A DNA stretch of 64,000 nt from Neophaeotheca triangularis (lineage: Eukaryota): NCBI GenBank assembly GCA_054600435.1, contig BAAIJX010000004.1, forward strand, positions 1 to 64,000, written 5' to 3'. The notes under the pieces are model-generated. The model ran no database searches. It worked only from the letters and a program-made list of their open reading frames with translations, and was not told the origin of the DNA. Made by a program: the position numbers and the translations under genes. The first letter of the stretch is position 1. Every line of letters begins with the position of its first letter. Below are positions 10,701 through 24,440 of this stretch, one piece after another.

Positions 10701-13700
10701 ACCCTTTCGCCTTCGAAGATGGTGTGATTTGCGCCAGATTCGAGGAGCACTTTTGCCACATCCGAGTGCCCGAATCGACAAGCTGCTTTCAGGGCGGTTC
10801 CGTAATATGACCCTATGCCGTCGCTGTTGACGCCTCGTTGGATCAATAGTCTCGCAGTATCGTATTAGCCAGCGGCTGCAGCCATGAGTAGCACAAGACT
10901 GTAACGCTTATGCAAAGCCTGTTCGTCCGACAAGCGGGTAAGGAAGTATGCAATGACTGCGCCCGGGCCACTAATGAAAATATCCTTGGCCGATTCAGCC
11001 ATTGGGAACAACCCTCGCTTCCCATTCCGAATGTCGAACAATGCTACGGCCGCACCTAGCAGTTGGCGCATGTCGTCTTCTTCAAGGCCGTTGGCGGCAT
11101 TCGCCTTAGTCATTGCTTGTACAGCGGGGAACGCCAAAGTCTCCCTTGAGGCTGCGCAGACCAGAGCGCTTCGACCTTCAAACGACGCACGTGGATTCGC
11201 GCCCTTTGCAAGTATCAACTCCAGTATATCGATCGAACAAACTTCGGCGGCTCGGCAGACTGCGTATGCCCAGGAACGCTCCTGAAACCCTTCAATGTGA
11301 TTTACAAGGAGCACAATCGTCTTTGCGTGCGTCGTTTTGTTCGCGTGTCCCCAGTGTGAGTCGAGAGAAGATTTGATGTACTCAGTGAAACGTCCATAGC
11401 CAGCCAAGCATGCCTCAACGCAGTTGAGTCTTTGCAGAGTTTGAGGCACCTTTGCAAGGCCTCTAGTCCCATGTAGCTTGTAGTGGCGTTCATCTTTGTC
11501 GCGACGAAAAGGGAGTAATCGCTCGGCACATGAGGAATCGCTCCACTTCTTCGCTTTGCGTGGTACCCAATCTCCGCTTACTAACAATTTCTCGTCCTGG
11601 TACGTAGAAACGCGATCGTACACGCTTGCGCCCATTGTCAAGAGGAACACGCAGACATCGTGATGTCCTTTGTAGGCGGCAATGACAAGAGCTTTGGTGA
11701 GTGTTTCCGACCATCGATCTCTAGCTTTGCAGAACGACGTGAGTTGAGTGAGAATTTCGAGAGCGCCGTCGCCCGCCGCGGAGAAAATCGCACGTGCAAG
11801 GCTCGCACCCATTTGACTGGTATCACATCTGAGAAGGCAGAAGCTTAGTAAGTCAGCGTATTCATCTTGAGCGGCCAGTCGAGCGTAATGATTCCACTGC
11901 TTTGTGGTTACAGCGTCCTTCGGCAAAGACTCGCAAATAACCGACACCACGCCAACACTTCCAGAACGACGTCCTGCTTGGAAAGCATCCATGAGATCTT
12001 CGACGGAGACGTTTGGCAAACGCTCAAGCATTTTACGGACCATTTCCGACCAGCCGACGTAGGAGACATACGGAAGATATTCCAACAGAAGAGCTTCAGA
12101 TTCGTGTTGCGCAGCGCTGGCCGTCATCTCTTCCAAGATGTGCGAAAAGACCAGCGGATCGTGAGGCAGCGACATCTCCATGATGCATCTCAGACTGGCT
12201 GCGGCAGTGTCAAATTTTTTCACAGCGCTCAACAATGATGTTGTGGTCTTGAAGTCGTTCCGCAAACAAGCCGCGCGAAAGCCATCGAACATGCTTTGAC
12301 TAGTAAATGTCAGACACTCCAACATGTTTTCGACGATGGCTGTGTGTCCGTGTCGACATGCTGCAACGAAAGAAGAGTAGCGTACTGAATACTCAGCCTC
12401 GTCGAACCGGGGAAGAGAGACCATTTCTCTACGCTCGGGTACTAAAGCTGTCTTGGGTGCGTTTGGCACTTTGCCTTGTTGAGCGTGCAAGTTCTCAAGC
12501 GAGCGGGGATCGTGACCGGGGTCAAGGGGGTCAACCTTTGTTTTCATTCCGTGTATCACCTCTGGTGCAGCAGAGCGTGTGCCGAGGTGCTGAACTTTGA
12601 AGCGGCTTCTGCACGGAGAGGATTCGCGTAGAACGTTCCGTGGCGGAGGCGATGATATGTAGTAGGATGGACCACCCGAATATCGGTCTATCGTGGTCAT
12701 ACTTCGCCATCCGGCATCGAGCAACATTTGCGCAATGCGATATTGTCCACCTTCGAGGGCAGCATGTATTGCATCCTGGGAGAGACCCGCGAGATGAAAG
12801 TCTGCTTTTGCATCGAGAAACAAATTGACCAGCTCCACGTGGCCATGGTACGCGGCAGCTTGTAGCGGTGTCCCGAAATGACCGCCTTGGGCATCCACGT
12901 CAGCTCCGTTGTCCAGGAGAAGCTTTGCAGTATGCAAATGGCCTCTCATCGCCGCTGTATGCAGCGCAGGGCCGAAAGGGCCGTTTTTGTTGACATCTGC
13001 GTCCTTATTGATGAGGAAACTGCAAACCTCATTACGTCCGTAAGCACTGGCGCATCGTAGAGGAGTTCCGAGAGGTCCTGGTTCATCGACGTCAATTCCG
13101 CTGTCAATTAGGAACTCCGCCATCTGTAATTGGCCCTGCAAGGCACTCAGTGCAAGGCTATCTTTTGCAACGAGGTCGTCGAATGCGGATTGCCGGAGCA
13201 AACGACTCAAAAGCGCTACATTCCCTCCGGCGATTGCGTCCTTGACTTGCTGCTGCTTCTTGTTGCTCGGTGAGGTATTGCTCAGTGGATGGATCTCTAG
13301 CTTCTCCAAAGCACATGAAAATCCAGCTTTGGTGACTGCTAGCAACGCAGCGTCGTATTCGTCCTGGGTAGATAGCGGGAATCCATTGCTGAGAAGTGTT
13401 TCAACCACGGCCTCTTGGTCCCCATTGCATGCTGCATGCAACGAGCTTTCGAATTTGCCCGGGAATCTCGTCTCGGCTCCTCGACCACATAGCATCTCGA
13501 CGATATCCACATAACCGAGGTAGGCTGCGCACTGTAAAGCATTACCTAAACGGCCGCATGTGACGTTCGGGTTCGCACCTCGATCCAGGAGGAAACTGAC
13601 CACGGCGGTGTGGCCGGAACACGTGGCTATATACAAAGCTGTGTAGCCACGTGAGTTGACTTGGTTCCAGTCGAAGGCCGCGGGCCAACTGTGGGTTTCC

Positions 13701-15994
13701 AGCATTAACAACAGTCCAAAAGCGCAGATGGGAAAGATGGGAGAGCACGACTCGCTGGTAATTAATTCCATCGCCGTTTTTTGCGGATGATCCAACGGCA
13801 GAGCATCGAAAGCGGTCTTTGCGTTTGTCATCCAGATCTCTGCATAGATCCCCACGTCTTGCTCATCGTAGAAGAACGTTTGGGCCTTGCGTTCCAAGCT
13901 ATCGGTCCCTGAGCTCCAGTCTACCTGCGAAAGATGCTGCCCACAATAGAGCGTGGCATAATCGTACGACTGTTCTGTTGGCCTCAGCTGTACGATATCG
14001 TCTTTGGGCGGTTTCTCGAGGAGATTCAGGCAACGCAAAGCTATCAAAGACTGAGACGGAGCTGTGGCGAACCGTTCCGGGGTCCCCCGCAGGAAAACTC
14101 TGGCCGAATCGTGAACGATGCGCACAAAATCCGACTGAGAGTCGATGTAAACGAACCCGCGACATATGCTGACAAGGCCCTTGGGTTTTGCCTCGCTCCA
14201 ACCGACAGCTTCGGCAGTAGCTGCGAGGAACATGCTTGCCGTGAAGGGCTCTTTCGCAAAGAGGAGCCAAGAGAATGCATGGATGGCCATTTCGCGAGCG
14301 ACGTTTTCGTACTCCAGGATCTTACGGAAGATTGAACCGTAAAGTTCGTCTAAAGTCGAGATTCTGAGCTTCGAAAGTCTTGCTTCGAGGTCTTGTTCGA
14401 TAACTGGGTCCTTTGAGGCCTCAAGCTGCGATAGCTGCAACTTCGCCCACTGAAACATCTCGCCGGCTCCATTACAGAGGCTACGCACAACATTGTCCTT
14501 CAGCTGACCGGACCAATCATCGCGTGCAGCCAGTTCACCAACCCGCTGCTTGACAAAGGTTGCTACATCCGAGTGGTTGTCCTTGGCCGTGACGCAAATC
14601 CGCAGCACAGTTGGGATCTGCTGCGCGGCTGGGGTCTTAACTTCGATCATGGAAGTGTCTCGACTCGATAGCAGAACCTTGAGAACATTCGTTGATCTTT
14701 CGCAGATTAATTGTAGGCTGCGGAGCAGTTCTTTTGGATTGCCCATCTCGTCTATTGCATCAATCACAATGGTGGCGGGGTTGTCCTCGAGGGCCTGCAA
14801 TATCATCTTCTCACAATCGGTCGCGGACAGTCGATCAACATTGAACCCATGGATATTTGATTCCTTCAGCTTGTCATCGTATGCCGCAACCAAAGCACTG
14901 TGGACGTTCCCACTTTGCGAGACGCCTGCCATCAGCTGTCGAACCAGGCTTCGCAAGACGTTGGTGGGATCGCTCCTGTCGGGTTCCAATGGGTCCGCGG
15001 AGCAGTAGAAGAATGCTACGGGGGCTTTGGTACGTGTCGGGATCTTGCTATTCATGAGCTCGTCGATGACACCAGAGCAGAGGATGGTTTTACCGCAACC
15101 CTGAATGCCATGAACCACGAGAAGTGAGCAAGAGCTCAGCTGTTGCCATGACACATATTCATGATGCTGAAGTAGCCATTCTCCTGTACCGGGCGATCGC
15201 ATTCCGCTGAGATCTCCGTGATGTTGGCGATAGTTCGTCTTCGACAGCCAATCAAGGATTGCCCTGTACTTCTGACCCTCTACAGCCTTGTCTGCGATCT
15301 TGGAACGTTCCACAAAGCGCTCGGCATTCAAAGACATCTCGACGATTCGGCCTCCATCAATAAGCCTGGTGAGTTTGAACACTTCTTGCTCTTTCTTGAC
15401 GAGGTTGGCGACGGTCTTTCCCTCGGGCACTCTAAACGGCGCTTTGAGCAGTCTCTCCTTCTTCGACTCGCCGAGGAATTTGACGGCGTACGCTAGAGTC
15501 TCCAGGATCGCAACGTACGCTTCTACGATCGCTTTCCGAAGTTCAGGCATCGCGTTGGAGTTGAGGTACAGGTACAGCTTTTCAACCTGACCAAAGATGG
15601 CGAGCAGTCGAGTAACGAGCTCGAGTTGTTCCAGAATCTGCCACTCCTTCTCGCGGTCGTTGACCACGGCTTGAAGGACAAACCGGAAAGCCGCCCATGG
15701 CAGAGCTGCATATCCAGGATCATGCTGCACAGCATTGTCTCCGACTGCTTTGAAACAGTTTATCCAGTAAATGGTCTTTTCCATAACATCTCGGACGATG
15801 ATACCATTAGGGAGACGCAATTGGCGTTTAGTTGAATCGTCACGCTTGGTCTGGGCCTGTTTGAGTGATTCGTCGACGATGTCTCGGACGTGTGTGTTTG
15901 TTCGTGCCAGTTGATCGGTCACTCGCGCATCCAAGCGGTCGTATGCTTCTCTCCAGAGATCTGGAGAGCTGGCGGTAGCGGTAGAGGTCGCCAT
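7772..15994 (-). CDS. Fungal NLR: N-terminal helical (NACHT_N/Goodbye-like) domain, NACHT, many ankyrin repeats and C-terminal helical repeats; interrupted by one in-frame TAA at 10867-10865
   Basis: N-terminal LWREAY...AALPWAAFRFVLQ; Walker A GIQGCGKT; Walker B IVIDAIDE; MFQWAKLQL; ankyrin repeats such as TALYIATCSGH, TPLQAAAYHGH and TALKAACRFGH. ORFs 10865-16006 and 7772-10846 share one frame: GCT GGC TAA TAC GAT ACT GCG AGA CTA TTG ATC. Confidence 0.9.
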
Positions 15995-16449
15995 GACTGT
16001 GATCAAATTTGTTCGACGTCACTAGAAACATGGAGGAAGGAGTTTGACACAAAGTGAAGATGCCGGTGAGAAGTACTGGCGAGCTGGAGGTGATGGCTGA
16101 GCGGGGCTGTGCCATCCTCAAGGAGGCTGCAGGTATAGCGGCCTCAAGCGTAAGCGAAACACGACGATTGGTTCAACAATCAATGTAAGCATGCCCAGCT
16201 TTGAATGCAGCTAAATCACATTCGCTGCAGGCGACAGGAATTGACGGGCCACATCGTTGTGACTCCACTGGTTCGCGGTTCGCAAGGGATACAAGCACCA
16301 AGCAGTGTCCGTCGAATTGATCTCGTTTTCGCATACCACGATACAACATGAGTATTGTTGTATTGTGGGAAGTCGATGAGAAACACGAGCTTTGCAGCTG
16401 CAGCAAGACAACCGCTAGGCCTCCGCCGTCTTGTTTGCTTAAAAACGTC

Positions 16450-18050
16450 GTCCAGCTGTGGGGATACAAGCCTTTACCCATCGTAGCATTCCTTGTCGCG
16501 AGAACTTCAGCCAGTCTCGCTCAATGCTTCCCCGGAGACAAGCCATAGATGAAAAACGGGCGGTCAGCAGCAGCGCACAGTACCACAAACAGCAATAGAG
16601 ACACGATCTGGGTCAAAAGTCCGTTGATCAAGTAACTGAAGCCGATGCCACTCACATCGAAATGTCTGCGGTGGGCGCCGTCTGCTGCTTGAATCCTCAG
16701 GAACCTGGGATAATGCCAGCGCCATGGCCCGCCACTCTCTTCCGTATATCGAGAAATCTTCGTAGGTAGTGACCAGGCGGTGGGAAGCGCTGTTAAAACT
16801 GGCGCTCGTCGTTGTAGTATTCGAGCTTACATGCATGGCTTCCTTTTGCTCGGCAGACTGCGCCATGAACCAGGCATCGAAGAATTTTCAACTCGCTTCC
16901 GGGCGCAGTGAAGACGTCACGATGCCTAGTGGCATCGAGTTGCGTTGAAGCAGATGGAGTCGTCTACTGGTGGCGCCCTCCACAATTCGGAAAGGAGACG
17001 GTTGGCTTCGAACTCTCCGCTCTTCAACTTCGGTAGCATGGCCGGTTGCACTGCTGGCATCAAGACGAAACCAAAGGCAAATCTGCGTGGGCCGTCAGTA
17101 TTAACAAATCTAGTCACTGCATCAATTTCTCTCTCATGATGCATAATTCTCGAGCAGCGATTTCAGGGTTCCTGTACGAGGTAGAGATTTCCGCTCCATA
17201 GCCTAATTTTTGACGATGAGCTACTTCATCCGTCGAGTCTGGCATTTTTGTAGCGATATGTTGTTCCAGCAGGCTGCAGCTAAAAAGGCGAGCACGAGGA
17301 AAAGCTTCTTCTGCCTCAACGGCTCCGCCGACCAGCCTATTGAGACCGACAAGCTGAAAGTGCGGAGTCATGTCTATTTTGAAGCGCTCCACTAGCTCGC
17401 AAGTCATTTCGCTCGTGGGAGTGCCTGGCCTAGTGAGACCAACATGCACCGTGGCACGGTGACGCAGAGTGGCGGCGGAGCATAACCCTACGAAGAGATG
17501 CTCGACTCGAGAGAGCCGATGCTTGGAGCACCCGCGCCGGGGTCAAAGAATGGTGACGGTTGCTCAAAAACAGGGGTGGACGGCAAGGTTGGGATGAATG
17601 AGCTCGCATGCCCACCATCACTGTTATCGTCATGCCATCCGAGAACTTGAGTCTCTGTAGGCAACGATAGCAGCCCCAAATTTCTACATCCGCGCAAGTC
17701 AAGTTGACTAAGTAGGGTCAATTAGTGAAGTGCATTGTGGTGTATGTCTAGGGGCCTCTTGCCTACCGCGCAGCTACAGGTTTTGGCCTCTGCCCGCGAC
17801 TACGTGGATGGTCGTTCAATTTCCAGGGAGTATTACTAGTTCAGAAACTAGGCCATCCTCTCGGCGACAGTATCAATTACCCAAAGTCTTTTATTTGCCG
17901 TTGATGTGCGAGATTGATGCCAGGGAGAAGACAGGGAGAATGAACAATGCTAACACCTGGGCACGCCAACTGCGACATTCTCATCTAGCTTATGTAAGCG
18001 AGGGCATATCTGAAAGCGAGCTGGAGGTACTTGGACACAGTAGTATTCCA
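16450..18050 (-). pseudogene. Decayed fungal Zn(II)2Cys6-type transcription factor
   Basis: Fragments in shifting frames, ELVERFKIDMTPHF and AEPLRQKKLFLVLAFLAAACWNNISLQK, resemble the middle homology region of fungal transcription factors; a Cys-rich relic lies upstream; many stops and frameshifts; boundaries approximate. Confidence 0.45.
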
Positions 18051-18515
18051 CTACCAATCCTAACGTGTTGTCGGGTGAAGACGACAGATGTTTCGGTGAA
18101 AGGAGGTTTTGAGAGATGATGAAGAAATATGCGAGAATGCTTGGAAGGAAGACGCAATACAAATGAGGCTGAGTAATCCGCGACGTCACCCACCCTGCAG
18201 GCTGTCTGCTTGTATCTGAGGTACATGTAGGAGGTACCTCACCTCTGCAGGTTCCATCCCTCTGGTAGCGATGGGAGGCATCGGTATATGTATAGATGAC
18301 ACCGATTGCGGTTACCTTGGCTACCTCCTACCAACCGACGAGTGAGACGCGCGGCTTCTATCCTACCCATCTTGACTTTGATCTCCCATTAATACCTTAC
18401 AGTACCCTGATACCTACGCTCTTCGTTCTTGAAAGCACGGGAAAAGACTTGATAACGTGCGACACCCATACCACGTCTCTTCATCTCGCAAAGCTTCAAG
18501 TCTCGGCGCGCAACC

Positions 18516-19488
18516 ATGACCACAAGCCGGTATAGAGCGACAGGGGGGCAGAGGCTCATCGATCAGCTTCCCGAGAAGAGGAACCCAAAGGGCATGCGGA
18601 TACTCATACTCGGCATGCCTCGCACCGGCATCGTATCGCTGCACACGGCTCTAGCCAGGGTAGGGTACAAGCCATTGTAGGTGCCCGGTTTCTTCCAAAC
18701 TCCGGCATTTCGTGCTGCTCACTCCTTCTCCCAGTCATGGCCAGATGATGGATGAAATGCCAGAACTCTACCCTCTCTGGGAAGAAGCACTCGGTGCGAA
18801 ATACTACGGTGAAGGCGAGCCGTTCGGAGTTGGCGAATACAACAAGATCCTAGGCGATTTCGATGTTTGCAGCAACTTTCCAGGAATCCTCGTTGCCGAA
18901 GACCTGATCAAGGCTTATCCCGAGGCGAAAGTCATCTTGACCACGAGGGATGTCGATGCGTGGTTGCGCCCCATGAGAGACTGGGTAGATCCGGCGCATA
19001 AGTGGAAGTCTCTGGACTGGCTGGCACCTTGGGAACCTGTGAGTTTATCCCTTCTCGTCTTCAAGCGAGCGTAGCAAGATCCGTACCTGCGGCTGACTTC
19101 ATTCATGCAGACCGTCATTGGGCCATGGTGGAAATACTACTGCTTCCAACGCCGACTCCGCCAACAGCTCACATTGGAAGGGGAAAGGCAGGCATTCCTC
19201 AACCATTACGCCCTTGTCAGAAACATGGTACCTCCTGAACGCCTCCTGGACTTCAACGTCAGAGAAGGCTGGGACCCTCTCTGCGACTTCCTTGACATTG
19301 CAAAACCCGACTTTGACTTCCCCCACGTCAGCAATACCGACCAGTTTCTTGCAGCTCGAGCGCAGCGGTGGAGGCGTGCTTTCAATGCCATGCTTTCGAG
19401 TGTTGCGCTGTGGGGATTCTTTGGTGGCAGCATGTGTGCATTGGCGTATTTTATTATGAGTAGCTTGGCGTCCATGACTGGACTTTAG
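18516..19488 (+). CDS. Sulfotransferase-family-4-like P-loop protein
   Basis: Exons 18516-18676, 18735-19038 and 19111-19488 joined by GT-AG introns; motifs ILILGMPRTG..SL..AL...GY, LIKAYPEAKVILTTRDVDAW, VPPERLLDFNVREGWDPLCDFL and FPHVS; hydrophobic C-terminal tail. Confidence 0.88.
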
Positions 19489-19929
19489 TGGTACAGCCAG
19501 AAAGACCAATTTCGAGGTCGCGAAAGAATTGGGTGAGGAAGAGATTTGGCCCTTCGTGGATAAATTGCTCGACGGACTTACTCGTTTATTGTCTTTGATA
19601 TCATCTTCCTACATCTCCGTGCGACCCCCGATTCTATCTTGCATGTTGTGCTCGCAACAATGGGGCCTTTGATAGCCTTGTAGCCTCTATGCAGACGACC
19701 AATAAAGGCGTAGCAGTGACATGTACCCCGATGTCATACCAAAAAAGAAGATCGGCGAGGCAAGTAATGTGCAGATAGATAAAAGCCATGGATGTATAGC
19801 TTCAAGGTCTCAACCGCTCGGTCTCAATTTCTTTCCGGATCCATTCGCCAAACATACCTCTCTTCACACGGACCGTGTCTTTCGGGACACTGGCTGCAGC
19901 ACAATCACGACTACAGCCCACATTCCCAC

Positions 19930-21000
19930 CGATGCCAAACCTATTCGCCTTCGACGCCGAGTATCACAGGCTTTCCCTCAGCGCAATTCTCGTCCGTGGA
20001 CCTCGTTAAAGCGTACACAAATCTCATCTCTAAAGTCCAAGAGACACTCCGTCCGTTTAGTGAGATCAACCCAGATGCCATCGCAATCGCGCGATCCTCG
20101 GAAGACTAGCGCATGCATAACTGCTCGCGAAGGCCACTCCACGGCTTGGCCGTCTAGTGAAGGGGAAAATCGGCAGCAAAGCTCAGGTGAACACAACAGC
20201 TTGCTCTGACGGTCTCTATAGCTCTATCGTGCCAGAAGATACCACCGTGGTACGGAACCTGCGAGTCGATGAGAATGTGCCAGTCTGGAAAGGACGGCGC
20301 ATACACTCTGACCGCCACGGCTGGCCTATAGGAGATCCAGGCGACAACTACACAGATCCCCCTCCCATTCGATTCCATACCGGACTACGCCTCATGTTGC
20401 GTCGAAGATGGTCGACAAGGTGCTAGACTTGGTATACCGTGCAACATAGTTCAGAAAGAATGTGATTGTAGTGAGGCCGATGTCTAGTAAACTGACGCCT
20501 TCAGTGCCTCGCTCGAATTCAACTCCACAAGTCTCAAGACTTCCACGATCTTCTTCACGGACAATGTCAATCCCCAGCTGAACAATGCTCGGCAGACCGC
20601 AGCGTAGATCCGTGGGAAGATGCAGTAAGCAAACCCAGTCGATCCAAACTCAGACGACTACCTCCAAGCCATTGCCCGACACGCCTACCTAGGAAGCAAC
20701 GCAACGGTATAGGGCACGCTCGACAACTACGACCTCGACACCCTCATCGTACCCACAGCCTACGGTACTCGTCCAACGTCTACACAGGCTAACCGATCAC
20801 CACCATACCCTTGGGCTTCTTCAATGCCACGACGGAAGTGCAGCGAAGCAGTTTTGCCACGCTGGAACCAGACTGCTCCGGGCATTCCGTACGGTATCAC
20901 TTTCATCGTGAGGAAGTTCGATAAGCAAGCAATCATCAAGTATGCGTGTGCTTTCGAGTAGGGGACCGTGTTTCGACACAAGCAGCTTCCGTCGGCGCAG
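19930..21000 (+). pseudogene. Amidase signature family pseudogene
   Basis: Fragments FSSVDLVKAY...EINPDAIAIA, VNTTACS...VPEDTTVVRNLR, LDNYDLDTLIVPT, TIPLGFF and PGIPYGITFI...IIKYACAFE* in different frames, with stops and a large internal deletion. Confidence 0.8.
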
Positions 21001-21266
21001 TCAGTATATGCCGACGACACATTTGCGGACCGCAGTGGCGGACGAGGAGTTGAAGTTGTCGTGATGCGTTGGGTTTGGCCATTGGGTAGAATTTATTGGT
21101 GCGATAGCTGAACAATGCCTGCGTTTGGGGGTTTTCTTTCGTGGCCACAATAATGATAATGCGTGTTGCCCCTTAGACAGTCGTAGTGGGCTGGAGTGGA
21201 AATGTTGCATGGTATACAGTAGAACAACCTCGGAAACTCGTGCCATACAAAGCCATCGAAATCCGC

Positions 21267-21280
21267 GGGGGGGGGGGGGG
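21267..21280 (+). repeat. G14 homopolymer
   Basis: 14 consecutive G upstream of the first SDR gene. Confidence 0.9.
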
Positions 21281-21736
21281 TTGGTTGCCCACTTTGTCCG
21301 GCAACAGCGTCGTCGCGACATCTTGGGTCCCGCATTTCATCCCATCTACAACCATTTTTTTGCGCTCCTAGTCATCTCTCGAGCTCAACGTACGTACATT
21401 ATCTGGATATAAAAAGAAGACGACACTCTTCAATCATGTCGTCTACAGTTTCACTCGTCCTCAAAAGCCGAAGCGTGTCTTCTGTCGTCGGCGCTCACCT
21501 CCCGAAACCCACCGCAGTCGGTCCTTTTCCATACGCAGCGACTACAGCGACACAGCTACATCGGTTCGCAGGTCGCCGAGAATTGGCACAGTTGACAAGG
21601 AAACCCTTTTTGGAAGGCAAGGCGGCCAGTTGTACGTTGTGTCAATGGAAAAAGCATTCCTTTCTTATCCTTGCTTCTGTGCTGATTATCGAATAACAAA
21701 GTCTCAACTTCGGCGAGAAAATCAAACAACGGCAAA

Positions 21737-22736
21737 ATGGCAAGCGTAGACATGGACAACCTTTCGGCGCAATCCCTCTTCAACACCCAAGGCTGGGTGG
21801 CAGTGAGTTGGACCGATTTTTGGCCACTGCGGTACCATCGATACTGACACTGCTTCAAGGTCGTCACAGGTGGCGGTAGCGGGCTCGGTCTGATCACCGC
21901 CAAAGCCCTCGCGGCAAACGGCGTCAAAGTCTACGTGACAGGGCGACGACAGGACAAACTCAAGGACGCCGAGACCCAGCATGCGTCCGGGGGCTCCATT
22001 GTCGGTGTCCAGATGGATGTGACGTCCAAGGACAGCATCAAGAAGGTCGTCGAGGAGATCTCGTCCAAGGAGAAGTGCGTCAATTTCCTCGTCAACAACG
22101 CCGGAGTCACCTCCGTAAACTATGGTCCCGAGGGCCCGCCGCAGGGTGACGCGAAAGCTGTGAGCGAGGCTATGCTCGGCAACCAGGACTTTGAGGAGTG
22201 GACCTGGCCTTACAAAGTAGACGTTGCGAGCTACTACTTCACATCTGCGGCGTTCCTGCCACTGCTGGTTGCCGCGAGAGACTGCGGATACGAGCAGGCC
22301 GGGAGGTAAGCTCTTCCCTTTCAAGCAAAAGAAGAAAACATCCATACGGCAGCCGAAACTGACTACTTCCAGCATCCTGAACATCTCAAGCATCTCCGGC
22401 ATCACCAAGGAAAGCCAAAACGGCCAATTCTCCTACAACGCTGCCAAAGCCGCCACAATCTCGCTCACCAACCAACTGGCAGTCGACTTCAAGCGACCCG
22501 GACTGGAAGTGCGCGTCAACACTCTCGCGCCGGGCTACTTTCCCAGCGAGATGACTCCTATTGCCGGCGACTCGGGCAAGCAGAAGGAGCACTTCATGAA
22601 CAAATGGGGAATCCCATTCGGCAGGGCTGGCCTTCCGAGAGATTATGCTCAGGCTGTGCTGCAATTCGCTGTCAACGGGTACGTGACTGGTAGCTCGATG
22701 ACGATCGACGGTGGTTGGCTTCTTGCGCACGCTTAG
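21737..22736 (+). CDS. Short-chain dehydrogenase/reductase (classical SDR)
   Basis: MASVDMDNLSAQSLFNTQGWVA, intron, VVTGGGSGLG; NNAG; YNAAK catalytic motif; VNTLAPGYFPS; TIDGG; two GT-AG introns. Confidence 0.93.
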
Positions 22737-22876
22737 ACGTGGCAATTTGGGAGGATTTTAAACGAAAACTTAGATGGACAGCTCTCTTAGAACACGACGC
22801 TAGCAGCTGAAATTATTCTTGAACGCTCCTCTCCACCCTTGCAAAGCAAGATAACAGCTCTGTCAACACTGACCCA

Positions 22877-23691
22877 TCACCACGGCTCCTTGCTCGTCTC
22901 ATCAACCACAGCGCCATGAACATCCTTCTTATCGCCAGTGATACACCTCACCAACACCTTTGCACCATCCCGAGGGTCTTTGAAACCCGAATGATTGTTG
23001 AGAGTCGTGGCACAGTACCCCGGATCACTAGCACTGACGATAAAGCCCTCCTCCTCGAGAGACTTGGTATAGTAAAGCATGACCTGGCAAAAGATTAGCA
23101 CAGCAACTCAACACAACCTGCCATGTCATCGGGCAGGGCACCCACCATATTCAAGGCCGTCTTGGTCGACCGGTAGATATGAAAGTTCTTCGCACTCCAC
23201 AAGGGGTCCGGCGGGTTGGAAGCCCATTCCAGCGAGGAAAGCCCGGAAGACGTGAAGCCCAACCTCTTCGCCGAGCCCTTCTTCAACAGGGGCAGAAAAG
23301 CGTCGGTAACGGCAGCGGCACCGAAGAGGTTCGTGTCGTAGATTTTCGAGTACTGGTCTCGCACGCTCAGCTTGTCCTGATCGGGGAGGACAGCGACGCC
23401 GGCGTTGTTGAGAAGGCAGTCGAGTTTGCCGAATTTCCGTTCGACGGTTGCGGCGGCCTGGGCGATGCTGTCGTCGTTGGTGACGTCGAGTTCCAGAGCT
23501 TCGATGTTGGTGGTGTCGACTTTGATTTCCGCGTCGGCGGCCAGTTTCTGGATGGCTTCTTTGGCGCGGTCGAGGTTGCGGCTGCCCATGAGGATGTGGT
23601 GGGTTCCTGTCTGGGCTAGCTGTTGCACTGTGTAGAAGCCTAGGCCTTGGTTGGCGCCTGTGATGAGGGTGATGGTTTTGTCGTTGGCCAT
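22877..23691 (-). CDS. Short-chain dehydrogenase/reductase (carbonyl reductase-like)
   Basis: MANDKTITLITGANQGLG; NNAG; YRSTK; one intron near 23086-23145; DPGYCATTLN in the last exon. Confidence 0.92.
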
Positions 23692-24440
23692 GTTTGGGTA
23701 AGGTAGTTGTTGATTTGTTTGATGAATTAGGACGGGGGGGAGCGGATTGAGCTTAAAAGTGAAAAGGTGAGTTGACTTGATCAATCTGAATGATTATATA
23801 CTACGATTGGAAGTGTAGAAGGATTGTTCGATTTCAGCAGTGCTTGGTAATAGGCACTTGTAATTGAATTGATTGATTCGAACCTGGGCTGGAAGCTTCG
23901 AACAATGTTGATGCCGATGACGTTGGGCATGTTGGAGTGGGCTCGGGGGTAACGGCGTTAAAACGTGCGTCTTCTTCCGAGTCAACAAAGCATCCGGACA
24001 TTACCAGATACTCCGGAGTACAACAACACCTGATGACTGCAGCGACACGCCATCATGTCTGTCTGTTGGACGGGGTTCATGAATGTCATCTCACGTCAGA
24101 CGTCGAATCCAACCGGGACGCCTGAAAATCCAAGCTGCAGTCTACAGGTACCTAGTCAAGTTTCGCCACGGAGATTTCTGTCGCAAATGGGCTGAAGGAC
24201 AGTAAAATCCCATTCAAGGAGAAGTGTTCAATTAAAGAGCCAAGGCACGCTGCGGGTTAATTAATCTCCATCATGTTATACCGTGTCGGTTGCGATGAAG
24301 CAATCAGTCCTATACCGGGAAGCGCAGTCGATGTGCAACCTTGACTCCTCCTTCATCACGATCCGCAAGTTATTTTTCCTCAGCATCCCGTGGCCCTAAT
24401 CTGACGTGAGAGTCGCCATCCTATCCCAGCGCGAGGTCTT

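Noticed and set aside
10830..10900. Small intron that would remove the NLR stop
   Set aside because: No suitable GT donor, branch point and AG acceptor around the TAA, and the ankyrin consensus runs straight through it.
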